Positions 24,077 through 33,659 of a stretch of DNA of 64,000 nt are shown one piece after another. Each line of letters begins with the position of its first letter. Position 1 is the stretch's first letter. The translations under genes and the position numbers were made by a program. This stretch comes from a virus, in IMG/VR virus record IMGVR_UViG_3300020202_000065. One strand, given 5' to 3'. The notes below the pieces were generated by a model. It searched no databases, had not been told where the DNA came from, and saw only the letters and a program-made list of their open reading frames with translations.

Positions 24077-24686
24077 CGGATCCGGAAAGAGCACCACTGC
24101 GCGACTGGTTCATGACTACCTCAGCATCGACCGCGGTCTCAATGCCACGCTGGTCAACATGCCGGGTGCCACCAAGCTCGGCCAGGAACTGCGCCGCATC
24201 GTCAAGTCCAAAGAGTTCCGCATCGACCCGAAAGCTGAGCGGCTTATCTTTGCCGCCGACAGCGCTCAGTTCATCAGCGAAGTTGTTCCCGCCGCAGACA
24301 TCCTCGTGTGCGATCGCTTTTCGTACATCACCGACCTGTTCTATGGCCATGCCAGCGGCAACGATCTGGAGTGGCTCAACAACCTTCAGACTCATGTCGT
24401 CGGGCAGCCAATAGCAGACATCCTCTTCCTGCTGCAGTGCCCCTACGAAGTCTCCAGCGCCCGCAAGGCTGCAATCAACAGCGCGCGCCCCGAGAACTGT
24501 CGCATCGAAGAAAAGGGTAACGGCTTCCTCGAGAAAGTCGCCGAGCTCTACAACACCTTGCCGCCACAGATCATGAGTTATCTCACCGAACGCGCCAAGG
24601 AGATTGTGTTTCTCGACGCTGCTAAACCACAGGCTGAGAACATGGACATCATCAAACGCAATCTCGAGCGCCTCATCGCCAGCTGA
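24045..24686 (+). CDS. tmk: Thymidylate (dTMP) kinase
   Basis: IAFDGVDGSGKST P-loop, PGAT, LVCDRF. Confidence 0.9.
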   Translation: MSKIIAFDGVDGSGKSTTARLVHDYLSIDRGLNATLVNMPGATKLGQELRRIVKSKEFRIDPKAERLIFAADSAQFISEVVPAADILVCDRFSYITDLFYGHASGNDLEWLNNLQTHVVGQPIADILFLLQCPYEVSSARKAAINSARPENCRIEEKGNGFLEKVAELYNTLPPQIMSYLTERAKEIVFLDAAKPQAENMDIIKRNLERLIAS

Positions 24687-24724
24687 AACAGCGATTCACT
24701 CACCCATCCAGCGAAAGGAATTAC

Positions 24725-25612
24725 ATGACTCAGGACCTGCTCAACGGATTGACTCGCGAATGTAAGATCGGTGAACACGGCATCGTTCGGCTCATCGACT
24801 GCATGCCCCGGCTCGTTGAGCCCGGACAGAACTTCGATCATGCCGTCTGCCAGGCCGCGCGCGTCTCCTACGGCAATAACGAGAAACCATCCACCGATGC
24901 GGCGGACCGCGGCCTCATCCGCTACCTCATGCGCCATCATCACGGCACGCCATTCGAAATGGTGGACGTCAAATTTTATATGTCGCTGCCGATCTTCGTT
25001 GCACGCCAGCTCATCCGGCACCGCACGGCATCGATCAATGAATACTCCATGCGGTACAAGCAGCCGAAGGACCGGTTCTTTGTTCCGGATCTGGAGAACG
25101 TCCGAAAGCAGTCGAAGAATAATAAACAGGGCACCGAAGGCTCTACTGAAATTCGGGACGCTCAGGCATTCATCGACTACACAGACGCAAACAATCGGAA
25201 TCAGTTCGCACGGTATAACCATCACAACGAAGTCGAAGGTGTCGGGCGCGAGATTGCCCGCATCAACCTGCCGCTGACTACGTTCACCGAGTGGTACTGG
25301 GAAATTGATCTGCGCAACCTGCTTGGATTCCTTCGTCTCCGCATGCACCCGCATGCTCAGAAGGAAATACGCGATTACGCAGAGGCGCTGTACACGCTAA
25401 CCAGGCCGCTGGCGCCGCACACCTTCGAGGCCTTTGAAGACTTCCAGTTGCAGTCAATGGAACTGACCGCCCTCGAAATCCAGGCGATTCAGAACGGACG
25501 CCCGCTCAATGAGCGCGCAACCGATCGGGAACGCGATGAGTTCAAGGCGAAGGTTGCCCGCCTTGGCCTCTCGATGTCCGTGTACTTCAACCCTGACCGG
25601 AGCGCCGAGTGA
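24725..25612 (+). CDS. thyX: FAD-dependent thymidylate synthase
   Basis: HGTPFEM; RQLIRHRTASINEYSMRY (RHRx7S); HAQKEIR. Confidence 0.95.
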   Translation: MTQDLLNGLTRECKIGEHGIVRLIDCMPRLVEPGQNFDHAVCQAARVSYGNNEKPSTDAADRGLIRYLMRHHHGTPFEMVDVKFYMSLPIFVARQLIRHRTASINEYSMRYKQPKDRFFVPDLENVRKQSKNNKQGTEGSTEIRDAQAFIDYTDANNRNQFARYNHHNEVEGVGREIARINLPLTTFTEWYWEIDLRNLLGFLRLRMHPHAQKEIRDYAEALYTLTRPLAPHTFEAFEDFQLQSMELTALEIQAIQNGRPLNERATDRERDEFKAKVARLGLSMSVYFNPDRSAE

Positions 25613-26334
25613 TGGATCAGAACCAGGGACACGTCTTATATTTCAACGTCACTCCTAAAGCGAACGTCCACTTCATGACGCTCAGCAGGGAGTATCAACA
25701 CGCCGTGCCGCTGCGTGACAATCTTTCGTCTCGCGGCCCTGCGGCTCACTATGTGATCACCGGTGCCAAGGGTATCACCGCCGGTTACAACGAATGCGCC
25801 CGGCGCGCCCCTACGGTCATTCCGTTCTACTGCTTCATCCACGAAGACGCGCGTCTACACTTCGACTGGAACACAATCATCCCCGAGTATTTCAACCAGC
25901 TGCCCAACGCCGGCGTGCTCGGCTTCGTCGGGTGTCGCCGCATGTCCTGTGATTCCCGCTGGTGGGTAAACCAGCCCCGCTTCGGCTCGCTTATCCAGGG
26001 CGGCTATCCCGAACAGGATCCGCCGAACCTGTGTTTCGATAAGCCAACGCAGGGACACGAGGGTATGAAGTACGAACCCGTCGACGCGGTCGACGGTTAC
26101 TGCCTCTTCATCCGTCGCGAAGTGTTTCAAGTTGTCGGCGGCTTCGATGAACGCTTCGATGCCTGGCACTGCTATGACGCCGATCTCTGCCTGTCCTGTA
26201 TCCAGCACGGCTTCCAGAACTATGTGATTGACCAGAAGTCGCAGCACCATTCCGGCGGCTCGCTCGCTGACCCGTGGGCGCGCGAGAACGCTAAGTTCCA
26301 GGACAAGTGGCGCACATTCCTCGCCGCTCGCTGA
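25609..26334 (+). CDS. GT-A fold glycosyltransferase (GT2-like)
   Basis: CFIHED; DAVDGYCLFIRR...GFDERF...HCYDADLC. Confidence 0.85.
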   Translation: MMDQNQGHVLYFNVTPKANVHFMTLSREYQHAVPLRDNLSSRGPAAHYVITGAKGITAGYNECARRAPTVIPFYCFIHEDARLHFDWNTIIPEYFNQLPNAGVLGFVGCRRMSCDSRWWVNQPRFGSLIQGGYPEQDPPNLCFDKPTQGHEGMKYEPVDAVDGYCLFIRREVFQVVGGFDERFDAWHCYDADLCLSCIQHGFQNYVIDQKSQHHSGGSLADPWARENAKFQDKWRTFLAAR

Positions 26335-26344
26335 AAGGATCGTC

Positions 26345-26977
26345 ATGCTCGAACTCGTGATCTCCCGCTACAACGAAGACCTCACCTGGCTGCGCGATCT
26401 GCCGGGAACACAGAGCGACGTATGCGCCAAGGTCTACAACAAGGGCCACCCGCTGCCGCCGACCTTTGTCGGTGTCACCGAGCTTCCGAACGTCGGCCGC
26501 GAAGCGCACACGTATCTGCATCACATCATCGAGAACTATGAAACGCTGGCGGACTATACCGTCTTCCTCCAGGGCAGGCCCTTCGACCACTGCCCGGACC
26601 TGATGGAAAGACTGCACCGTTATGAAGAACAGCTTCGCTTCGGCCTCGTGCCGCTCGAAGACTTCATCCCGCTCGGTCACCACTGCACCTGCGATGCGAT
26701 CGGCATGCCGCAGCATCAGCTCCCGATCGCTCAGACCTACCGCATTCTTTTCAACGAACTGAACACGCCGCACAGTTTCACGTTCGTTGTGGGCGCGCAG
26801 TTCGTCGTCTCGCGCAAGGCTATCCAATCGCGCTCGCATCTGTTCTACCGCCGTGCAATCGAAATGGTGAACAAGGACAGGGGCGCCACCATCAACGGCA
26901 GAAATGACGGCCTGACCTGGGGCGCTCACATCATGGAACGCATGTGGAGGTACGTATTCAATGTTGAAACTCTCTGA
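26345..26977 (+). CDS. DUF3431 family protein (GT-like)
   Basis: LVISRYNEDLTWL, VYNKG, PNVGREAHTYLHHII, GAQF, MERMW. Confidence 0.85.
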   Translation: MLELVISRYNEDLTWLRDLPGTQSDVCAKVYNKGHPLPPTFVGVTELPNVGREAHTYLHHIIENYETLADYTVFLQGRPFDHCPDLMERLHRYEEQLRFGLVPLEDFIPLGHHCTCDAIGMPQHQLPIAQTYRILFNELNTPHSFTFVVGAQFVVSRKAIQSRSHLFYRRAIEMVNKDRGATINGRNDGLTWGAHIMERMWRYVFNVETL

Positions 26978-27602
26978 TCTGCACGCTTTTGACCCATACT
27001 GGGACTCGCGCGGTCGCGAACTTCCGCGCCGAATCGATCTCTCCGGTTGGCACGGAAACTACCCGTTTATCCAGGAAGCTGTCCGTGCATGGAAGCCTGA
27101 ACTGATTATCGAAGTTGGATCGTGGAAAGGTCAGTCTGCAATCAACTTTGCCGAAGAACTCAAGCGTAGCGTGCCGGCGGGCAAAATACTTTGCGTCGAT
27201 ACGTGGCTTGGCGCGCTCGAGTTCTGGGAGAACCAAAAGGACAGCGAGCGTTATGTCAGCCTTCATCATGACCGCGGATACCCATCGGTCTATTATCAGT
27301 TCCTCGCCAATGTCCTCTACCATGGCCTGCAGGACTATGTAATTCCGTTCCCGCAGACCTCGCTTATCGCCGCGCGCTGGCTTGCCAAGCGCGGCATCAA
27401 AGCTGGACTCATCTACATCGACGGCAGCCACGATTACGAAGACGTCACCCGAGACCTTCAGGCTTACTGGCCCCTGCTGAAGCCAGGCGGACTGATGTTC
27501 GGTGACGACTACGACTGGCCCGACGTTTCCAAAGCGGTGAACGCATTCCCTCAAGGCCGCTTCGAGCTTCGCGCCCCGTTCTGGCTCTTACACAAAGCCT
27601 GA
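26961..27602 (+). CDS. Class I SAM methyltransferase (Methyltransf_24-like)
   Basis: IEVGSWKGQS, IYIDGSHDYEDV, GGLMFGDDY. Confidence 0.85.
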   Translation: MLKLSDLHAFDPYWDSRGRELPRRIDLSGWHGNYPFIQEAVRAWKPELIIEVGSWKGQSAINFAEELKRSVPAGKILCVDTWLGALEFWENQKDSERYVSLHHDRGYPSVYYQFLANVLYHGLQDYVIPFPQTSLIAARWLAKRGIKAGLIYIDGSHDYEDVTRDLQAYWPLLKPGGLMFGDDYDWPDVSKAVNAFPQGRFELRAPFWLLHKA

Positions 27603-27617
27603 TCTCAAAGGAACATC

Positions 27618-28577
27618 ATGGAACCATTGATCGCTGTTGTCGTGCCCACCATTCGAGAGGAATGTCTACAGGCGTTCCTCGCTGCATGGAAATTCCTGTT
27701 CGATCTCCATCGCGTTGAACTCATCGTCGTGAAGGACGGGGATGAGCCCGCGCTTGATCACTACACCTACCACCGCGAAAACGATAAGAAGGGGCCTCAC
27801 TTCGTCGATTGCTGCAACGATCCGCGGATGCTTCTCAAAGAGAACGCAGACCTGATCTTCAATCGCACCGATGCCGTCCGCAATTTCGGCTTCGCCTATA
27901 TCGCTCTCAATCTTCCAACCGTCGAATACATCATCACCTTCGACGACGACGTGGCTCCGATTCCAGACACAGACCCTATCGAAGAACACAAAGCAATCCT
28001 GAGCCAGCGCGCGCCGCTGTCATGGATGTCCAGCACCGCGTTCGGCGGCATGTACATGCGCGGCATGCCGTACGTGGTGCGTAACGAAGCACCGATCATG
28101 CTCAGCCACGGCGTCTGGCACGGGGTGCCGGATCTGGACGCTCCGACGCAGCTCCTGAATCCCGAACTCAAGAATTATTATGGTCCGTTCTACCGCGGCG
28201 TCGTTCCCTCCGGCGCCTACTTCCCGGTCTGCGGGATGAACGTGGCCTTCCGCCGTAAAGCTCTCAAGTATGCGTACTGGGCACCCATGGGACCGCGCGC
28301 CTTTGGGCTCGGCCGCTGGGCCGACATCTTCATGGGCGTGAAACTCAAGGAATATTTCGACAGCGCAAGGTGGGCCATCTTCACTGGCGGCGCTCCCGTG
28401 CGGCACACCCGCGCGAGCAACGTCTGGAAGAACCTCGCCGCTGAATCCACCGTTCTCGAACTCAACGAATCCTTCTGGCAGGGTGACGAATCCAAGCACC
28501 CGCAGTACTTCGAACTCTATCGCACCTGCCGCGACCGCTGGCAGCAGTTCATTGAAGGGACCGAAAAGAAAAAATGA
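27618..28577 (+). CDS. RGP family protein (reversibly glycosylated polypeptide / UDP-arabinopyranose mutase-like)
   Basis: TFDDD, RGMPY, SHGVWHGVPDLDAPTQL, PVCGMNVAFRR, GRWADIFMG. Confidence 0.8.
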   Translation: MEPLIAVVVPTIREECLQAFLAAWKFLFDLHRVELIVVKDGDEPALDHYTYHRENDKKGPHFVDCCNDPRMLLKENADLIFNRTDAVRNFGFAYIALNLPTVEYIITFDDDVAPIPDTDPIEEHKAILSQRAPLSWMSSTAFGGMYMRGMPYVVRNEAPIMLSHGVWHGVPDLDAPTQLLNPELKNYYGPFYRGVVPSGAYFPVCGMNVAFRRKALKYAYWAPMGPRAFGLGRWADIFMGVKLKEYFDSARWAIFTGGAPVRHTRASNVWKNLAAESTVLELNESFWQGDESKHPQYFELYRTCRDRWQQFIEGTEKKK

Positions 28578-29140
28578 CGATCTATGACTCCAAGTGGATT
28601 GACTCGCTTATCGTTCAAAACATGTATCGCCTCGCGCGTTACGACGTGAACAACGGTCTGCGCACGGTCGAGAACCACAAGTACATCCGCCGCTGTACAC
28701 ACTATGACGCGAAGAGCGGAACCTTGATGATCTTTAATCGGGATCAAGGCCCGCATTCTCATGGCTGGTGGAAGAATCCAGACTACGAGCGTTGCTTCCA
28801 CCTCTCGCTATCGTTCAAGGATCCGGTCACGGGTCAGCACCGCGGTGAACGCGACGCCATTCTCACCAAGGTTTGGCTCGATCTGATCTACGGATCGAAC
28901 CAGAAATACATCTGGTGTGAACCGCCCGTCGGAAAGGATGGCAAGCGCCTCATTGTCTGGCACTACCGCCTCTTTATGCAGCCGGATTGGAAAACGCCGC
29001 TTCTCCCGCGCGGCGAAGTCTACAGCAAAGAAAACACCCCGCCTGGCTTCAAGTCCTTCAGCGAAGTGCAGGCTGAACTGGAATACGAACTCGAACTCAA
29101 AAAGGAGAGAGCCGCAGATGCCTCCATCAAACTGGGCTGA
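28574..29140 (+). CDS. Hypothetical phage protein
   Basis: ATGA coupling. Confidence 0.8.
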   Translation: MTIYDSKWIDSLIVQNMYRLARYDVNNGLRTVENHKYIRRCTHYDAKSGTLMIFNRDQGPHSHGWWKNPDYERCFHLSLSFKDPVTGQHRGERDAILTKVWLDLIYGSNQKYIWCEPPVGKDGKRLIVWHYRLFMQPDWKTPLLPRGEVYSKENTPPGFKSFSEVQAELEYELELKKERAADASIKLG

Positions 29141-29324
29141 CATAAGCATTACCGCTACGAACGCGAAGATCACACCGAAAAACATGAGCCGCGCGACGGT
29201 TGCACTTGAGGAAGTGGACATCGAGGAAGTCATCGAACAGATCGGTACCGATGTCATCCTGAACGTCATCGGCAAAGAGGCCGTAATCGAGCACTTCGAT
29301 ATCACCGAAGCCGAAACTGAATGA
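29118..29324 (+). CDS. Small acidic hypothetical protein
   Basis: SD AAGGAG. Confidence 0.65.
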   Translation: MPPSNWADISITATNAKITPKNMSRATVALEEVDIEEVIEQIGTDVILNVIGKEAVIEHFDITEAETE

Positions 29325-29698
29325 AGTACGAACCGAAAATAGACAGCCCCGCCGAAGGCTTTCGCATTCGCCTCATCGTCAGAGGCGACGACTACCGCTC
29401 AGAATGCTGGGCCCTCATCGGACCGGACGATCTGGTCTGGTCAACATCCTGGTCACCCGGCGGCGAACTCACTCGCCGTCGCCGCGAACTGCAGCGCGCT
29501 TACGAACTGGGCCGCGTGATGGCTCGGAACGAAATGGAACTTTCAAACGGAGAATCCCCTCATGGTGGCACTCAAAATCAATTACCGGACAAAGGAACCC
29601 GGCACGATCCGCAACTCTCCGATCGACGGGCTGATCATCGACAACTTTGCCGGCGGCGGCGGCGCCAGCCTCGGCCTCAACCGAGCGCTCGGACGTGA
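29321..29698 (+). CDS. Hypothetical protein; 3' end overlaps the MTase gene
   Basis: ATGA coupling. Confidence 0.55.
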   Translation: MKYEPKIDSPAEGFRIRLIVRGDDYRSECWALIGPDDLVWSTSWSPGGELTRRRRELQRAYELGRVMARNEMELSNGESPHGGTQNQLPDKGTRHDPQLSDRRADHRQLCRRRRRQPRPQPSART

Positions 29699-31946
29699 CC
29701 CCGACATCGCCATCAATCACGATCTCTCCGCCGTTCGTATGCACGAAGCCAATCACCCAGGCACGAAGCACTACTGCGAAAGCGTCTGGGACGTGGATCC
29801 CGTAAAGGCCTGCGGCGGCCGAAAGGTCTCCGTGGCGTGGTTCTCTCCGGACTGTAAGCACTTCAGCCGCGCCAAGGGTTCCAAGCCAGTTGACAAGAAC
29901 ATTCGCGGCCTGGCCTGGGTCGTCGTGCGCTGGGCCAAATCCGTCCGCCCCCAGATCATCTTCCTCGAAAACGTCCGGGAGTTTCAGGACTGGGGACCGC
30001 TGATCGAGGCGCTCAACTCACGCGGCAAGCCAGTGAAGGATGAGTACGGCAATATCAAGATGATCCCGGATCCTGCGCGTAAAGGCCAGACCTTTCGCCG
30101 CTGGGTTACCACGCTGCGCAACCTCGGCTACACCGTGCAGTGGAAGGAACTCAACGCCGCTGACTACGGCGCACCGACGCACCGCCGGCGCCTGTTCCTC
30201 GTTGCGCGCTGCGATGGCCAGGCGATCTGCTGGCCCGAACCGACCCATGGCCCTGGCCGCATGTATCCGTATCGCACGGCCGCTGACTGCATCGACTGGA
30301 CCATCCCGTGCCACTCGATTTTTCTCACCAAGGAAGAAGGCAAGAAGGTTCGCGTTAATCGCCCGCTCGCAGAGAACACGCTGCGCCGCATCGCCAATGG
30401 CCTGCGCAAATATGTCCTCGAGGCCAAGGAACCGTTCATCGTGGGACTGCGCGGCCCAACCGGCTCGCTCGAACCGCGTTCGGTCAGCCGGCCCATGGAT
30501 ACGATCATGCCGGGTAAGACCAAACATCTCGTCACAGGAATCGCTGTTAAAGGCGGAGAGTACAGGGGCACAGTTCCGTACATCGCCGGTGTTGGCGGAC
30601 GACAGGCCCAAACACCGCCACTATCCGCCAATCACACGCTGTCGACGGTCACCGCCAAGAACGACAAGGTTCTCGTCACCCCCTGCATTGTGAAGGTGAA
30701 CCACGGAAAGGGGCACACCGATCGCTCACACACGGTCGATTCGCCGCTGCATACGGTCACCGGAAAGCACGGAACAGGCATCGCCGCCGCATCCCTGGTC
30801 CCGGCCGGCATCGTTCAGGCCAATCACGGCGGACACAATTATCGATCGCAGGACCTCCATCAGCCGTTGAATACAGTCACAACCGAGCGCAGCCATGCGG
30901 TCTCCGCGGCGTACGTCACACGCATCGGCCAGACCGGCAGCAACGGCGGCAACGTGAACCCGCCCGACGCACCGCTCACAACCGTTGTCAGTAAGAACGA
31001 ACACCTGCTCACCTGCGCGACGCTCGTGCAGACCGGCTACGGCGAACGCGAAGGCCAGGCACCGCGCTCTCTGGATCCCAATCAGCCGCTCGGAACCGTT
31101 GTCGCCGGCGGCGTGAAGCACGCAATCGCCGCTGCTCATCTCATGCGCTACAACACCGAGAAGGGTAACGACACGCAGCGCTCATCCAGTATGGAAGGCC
31201 CTATCGGGACTGTGGTCACCGAGAACCGTCACGCCATGGTCAGCGCCTTTCTGGCCAAGCACTACGGCGGCGTTACCGGCCATGGCCTTGAACGCCCAAT
31301 CGGCACCGTCACCGCGAAAGATCACCACAGTTTAGTCGCCGCTCACGTAACAAAGTTCAATCAGAACGGAGACGGGCAGCCCGCCAGTGAACCGCTGAAG
31401 ACCGTTGTCGCCGGCGCCACGCGCTTCGGTGTCGTAGCCCCGACACTGACGAAGTTTTACGGCACGTGCAAAGATGGTCAGCGCGTGACAGACCCGGTGC
31501 CAACGGTTACCGCGGATGGCCAGCACGTTGGCGTCGTGGCGCCATATATGACTCAGTTCAACGGCCAGAGCATCGGAAGCTCTGTGGATGAGCCCGTTCA
31601 GACAGTGACCAGCATGAATAAAATCGGGGAGGTCCGGGCTTTCCTCGTCAAGTTCTATGGCACCTGCAATGATGGTCAGCCGATCAACGAACCGGCACAC
31701 ACCCTCACGGCCAAGGCGCGTCTGGGTTTAGTTACTATCGAAGGACAGGATTATCAGATCGTGGATATCGGTATGCGTATGCTCAAGCCACGGGAACTGT
31801 TCAGGGCACAGGGTTTTCCAGACACGTACATCCTGACCGGAACCGACACCGAACAGGTTGCGCGCTGCGGGAATTCTGTGCCCCCCGTTATGGCCGAAGT
31901 CCTCGCTCGAGCGAACGTGCATCAGCTCGCCGCAAAAGTGGCGTGA
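29562..31946 (+). CDS. dcm: C5-cytosine DNA methyltransferase with ~12 internal PxxTV repeats
   Basis: DNFAGGGG, SPDCKHFS, LENV, RRRLF, RAQGFP, GNSVPP. Confidence 0.92.
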   Translation: MVALKINYRTKEPGTIRNSPIDGLIIDNFAGGGGASLGLNRALGRDPDIAINHDLSAVRMHEANHPGTKHYCESVWDVDPVKACGGRKVSVAWFSPDCKHFSRAKGSKPVDKNIRGLAWVVVRWAKSVRPQIIFLENVREFQDWGPLIEALNSRGKPVKDEYGNIKMIPDPARKGQTFRRWVTTLRNLGYTVQWKELNAADYGAPTHRRRLFLVARCDGQAICWPEPTHGPGRMYPYRTAADCIDWTIPCHSIFLTKEEGKKVRVNRPLAENTLRRIANGLRKYVLEAKEPFIVGLRGPTGSLEPRSVSRPMDTIMPGKTKHLVTGIAVKGGEYRGTVPYIAGVGGRQAQTPPLSANHTLSTVTAKNDKVLVTPCIVKVNHGKGHTDRSHTVDSPLHTVTGKHGTGIAAASLVPAGIVQANHGGHNYRSQDLHQPLNTVTTERSHAVSAAYVTRIGQTGSNGGNVNPPDAPLTTVVSKNEHLLTCATLVQTGYGEREGQAPRSLDPNQPLGTVVAGGVKHAIAAAHLMRYNTEKGNDTQRSSSMEGPIGTVVTENRHAMVSAFLAKHYGGVTGHGLERPIGTVTAKDHHSLVAAHVTKFNQNGDGQPASEPLKTVVAGATRFGVVAPTLTKFYGTCKDGQRVTDPVPTVTADGQHVGVVAPYMTQFNGQSIGSSVDEPVQTVTSMNKIGEVRAFLVKFYGTCNDGQPINEPAHTLTAKARLGLVTIEGQDYQIVDIGMRMLKPRELFRAQGFPDTYILTGTDTEQVARCGNSVPPVMAEVLARANVHQLAAKVA

Positions 31947-32000
31947 TTACTTTGGCATTATTGTGGCATTTTTTGCAAACAGTTTAATACTGGAGGGCAG

Positions 32001-32291
32001 ATGAAAATTATCAAAGAGTGGAACGTCTTGGATTGCCGTACGGATCCTGCGCAGTGCTACCGGCTGCGCATTTGCCGGCGGAATGATCTCGCGATTGTCG
32101 TCGTGAAGACGGTCACCGAGTTCCCATTCAATAATGCAGAGGCGGCTGTATTCAAAAACACGACACTCGCTGCAATGCCAGAGATGACCGTCGAAACGGC
32201 AGACCAGTACACCCGCCAATTCGTCGATCGCTTGGAGAAACATTCCTGCGTCGTCTGCGATATTCCCGTCGCTTCATCGGAAAAGGCTTGA
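32001..32291 (+). CDS. Hypothetical protein
   Basis: SD GGAGG. Confidence 0.7.
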   Translation: MKIIKEWNVLDCRTDPAQCYRLRICRRNDLAIVVVKTVTEFPFNNAEAAVFKNTTLAAMPEMTVETADQYTRQFVDRLEKHSCVVCDIPVASSEKA

Positions 32292-32354
32292 TTTCGTTCT
32301 CGCCGTGGTGTCTCCTTAAACCACGTGCAACTCACGTAACTTCAGGAGACTTAC

Positions 32355-32759
32355 ATGCAAAAGAACGATCTGATCGCGCAGGCCGCGCAGGCGGCGGACG
32401 TGTCCCAGGACAAAGCCAAGACACTCGTCAACGAATTCCTCAAAGGCCTGATGCAGAAGGTCGCAGACGACGGCTACATCGAGATCCGGGGATTCGGACG
32501 CATCGCTGCCTTTGTGAAACCCGGCCGCATGGTCTCATCCGCGGCGTTGCATAACGTAAAGAAACGCGAGGTCAAGGTCTCGCGCCCGCTGGTTCATATT
32601 CGCTTCAAGGCCATGGACGATTTTAAAGAACTCGTATTGGAGAAACATCAATGCCGAGATCAGAAAAGCTCATCGAACTCTACGAGCGCGAGCTCCGCGA
32701 CGTCCTCGACTGCGCCGACAACACCGTCCGAGCCTACACCCGCGAAATCGCCAGCCTGA
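32355..32759 (+). CDS. HU/IHF-family DNA-binding protein
   Basis: MQKNDLI...IEIRGFG...KPGR...FKA. Confidence 0.85.
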   Translation: MQKNDLIAQAAQAADVSQDKAKTLVNEFLKGLMQKVADDGYIEIRGFGRIAAFVKPGRMVSSAALHNVKKREVKVSRPLVHIRFKAMDDFKELVLEKHQCRDQKSSSNSTSASSATSSTAPTTPSEPTPAKSPA

Positions 32760-33580
32760 AATCCTGGCTGGCAGCGCGGGATAAGACCCTGCTCACAGCC
32801 AAGCGCGACGATTTTATCGATTACAAAGCCAGCCTCGACCGTGCCCCCAATGGCATCGCCATGGCCATCAAAGCGGCACGGTCTTTCTATGGGTTCCTCG
32901 AAGATCAGAACTTCCTTGCCCCCTCGCCGTTCCCGCTGAATCTCAAGGTGAAGGTGAAGAAACAGGAACCGACCGACGTGCCAACAGCCGCACAGTTCCT
33001 GGCCATGCGTGTCAAACTGGACGCGCCTGTCTCGGATCCGCGCGCGGTACCGGCAGACATCCGCAGAGCAGTAGTCGAGGTCCTCGCCGGAAGCGGCTTG
33101 CGCATCGAAGCGCTGCTCACGCTCAAGCCCCGGCACCTGCGCCTTGGCACGCGGCCTATCATTCTCGTGGACGCCGAGGACATGAGTTGTAAGGGAAAGA
33201 TCGCCGGCGAAGTTCCGCTCTCGGCCTATGCCGCGGCGCTCCTGCAGGCGCATCTCGATACGCATAAGCCTGGCTGGGATGATCCGGTCTTCCAGCTTTC
33301 GCAGTCCATGGTACGGAAGATTCTTGATCAGATCCAGCCCGCCGATCTGAACCTCAAGCCGCACAGCCTGCGGCATTTCTACTGCAGCATGACCTATTAC
33401 CGGAACTTCGACGGCGGCCGCTGCGATGCCGTCTGGGTGCGTGATGCTGCCGGCCACGGCTCCATCAGCACCACGGACAACTATCTCAAGCTGGCGCGGC
33501 GCATCTGCCAGAGCGATGCGGAGTGGGAAGCATGGACCACTGGCAAGCCGCTAGCACAAAGCGGTGAGCAGGCAGCGTAA
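32651..33580 (+). CDS. Tyrosine recombinase (XerC/D-like)
   Basis: NTVRAY, GSGLRIEAL, HSLRH, GHGSISTTDNY. Confidence 0.9.
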   Translation: MPRSEKLIELYERELRDVLDCADNTVRAYTREIASLKSWLAARDKTLLTAKRDDFIDYKASLDRAPNGIAMAIKAARSFYGFLEDQNFLAPSPFPLNLKVKVKKQEPTDVPTAAQFLAMRVKLDAPVSDPRAVPADIRRAVVEVLAGSGLRIEALLTLKPRHLRLGTRPIILVDAEDMSCKGKIAGEVPLSAYAAALLQAHLDTHKPGWDDPVFQLSQSMVRKILDQIQPADLNLKPHSLRHFYCSMTYYRNFDGGRCDAVWVRDAAGHGSISTTDNYLKLARRICQSDAEWEAWTTGKPLAQSGEQAA

Positions 33581-33585
33581 GTTCC

Positions 33586-33628
33586 AACCCCCGCTGAATA
33601 ATTAATTTCCTCAAGTAATCCTCCGATT
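33586..33628 (+). promoter_or_regulatory. Phage-specific promoter-like motif, copy 5
   Basis: AACCCCCGCTG-N12-CCTCAAGT-N7-CGATT. Confidence 0.6.
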
Positions 33629-33659
33629 GAATTCACGTACTCTGTCGGAGGATTTTCAT

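Noticed and set aside
31952-31976. TGGCA...TTGCA as a sigma54 promoter
   Set aside because: GG-to-GC spacing is 8 rather than 10 for the TTGC copy
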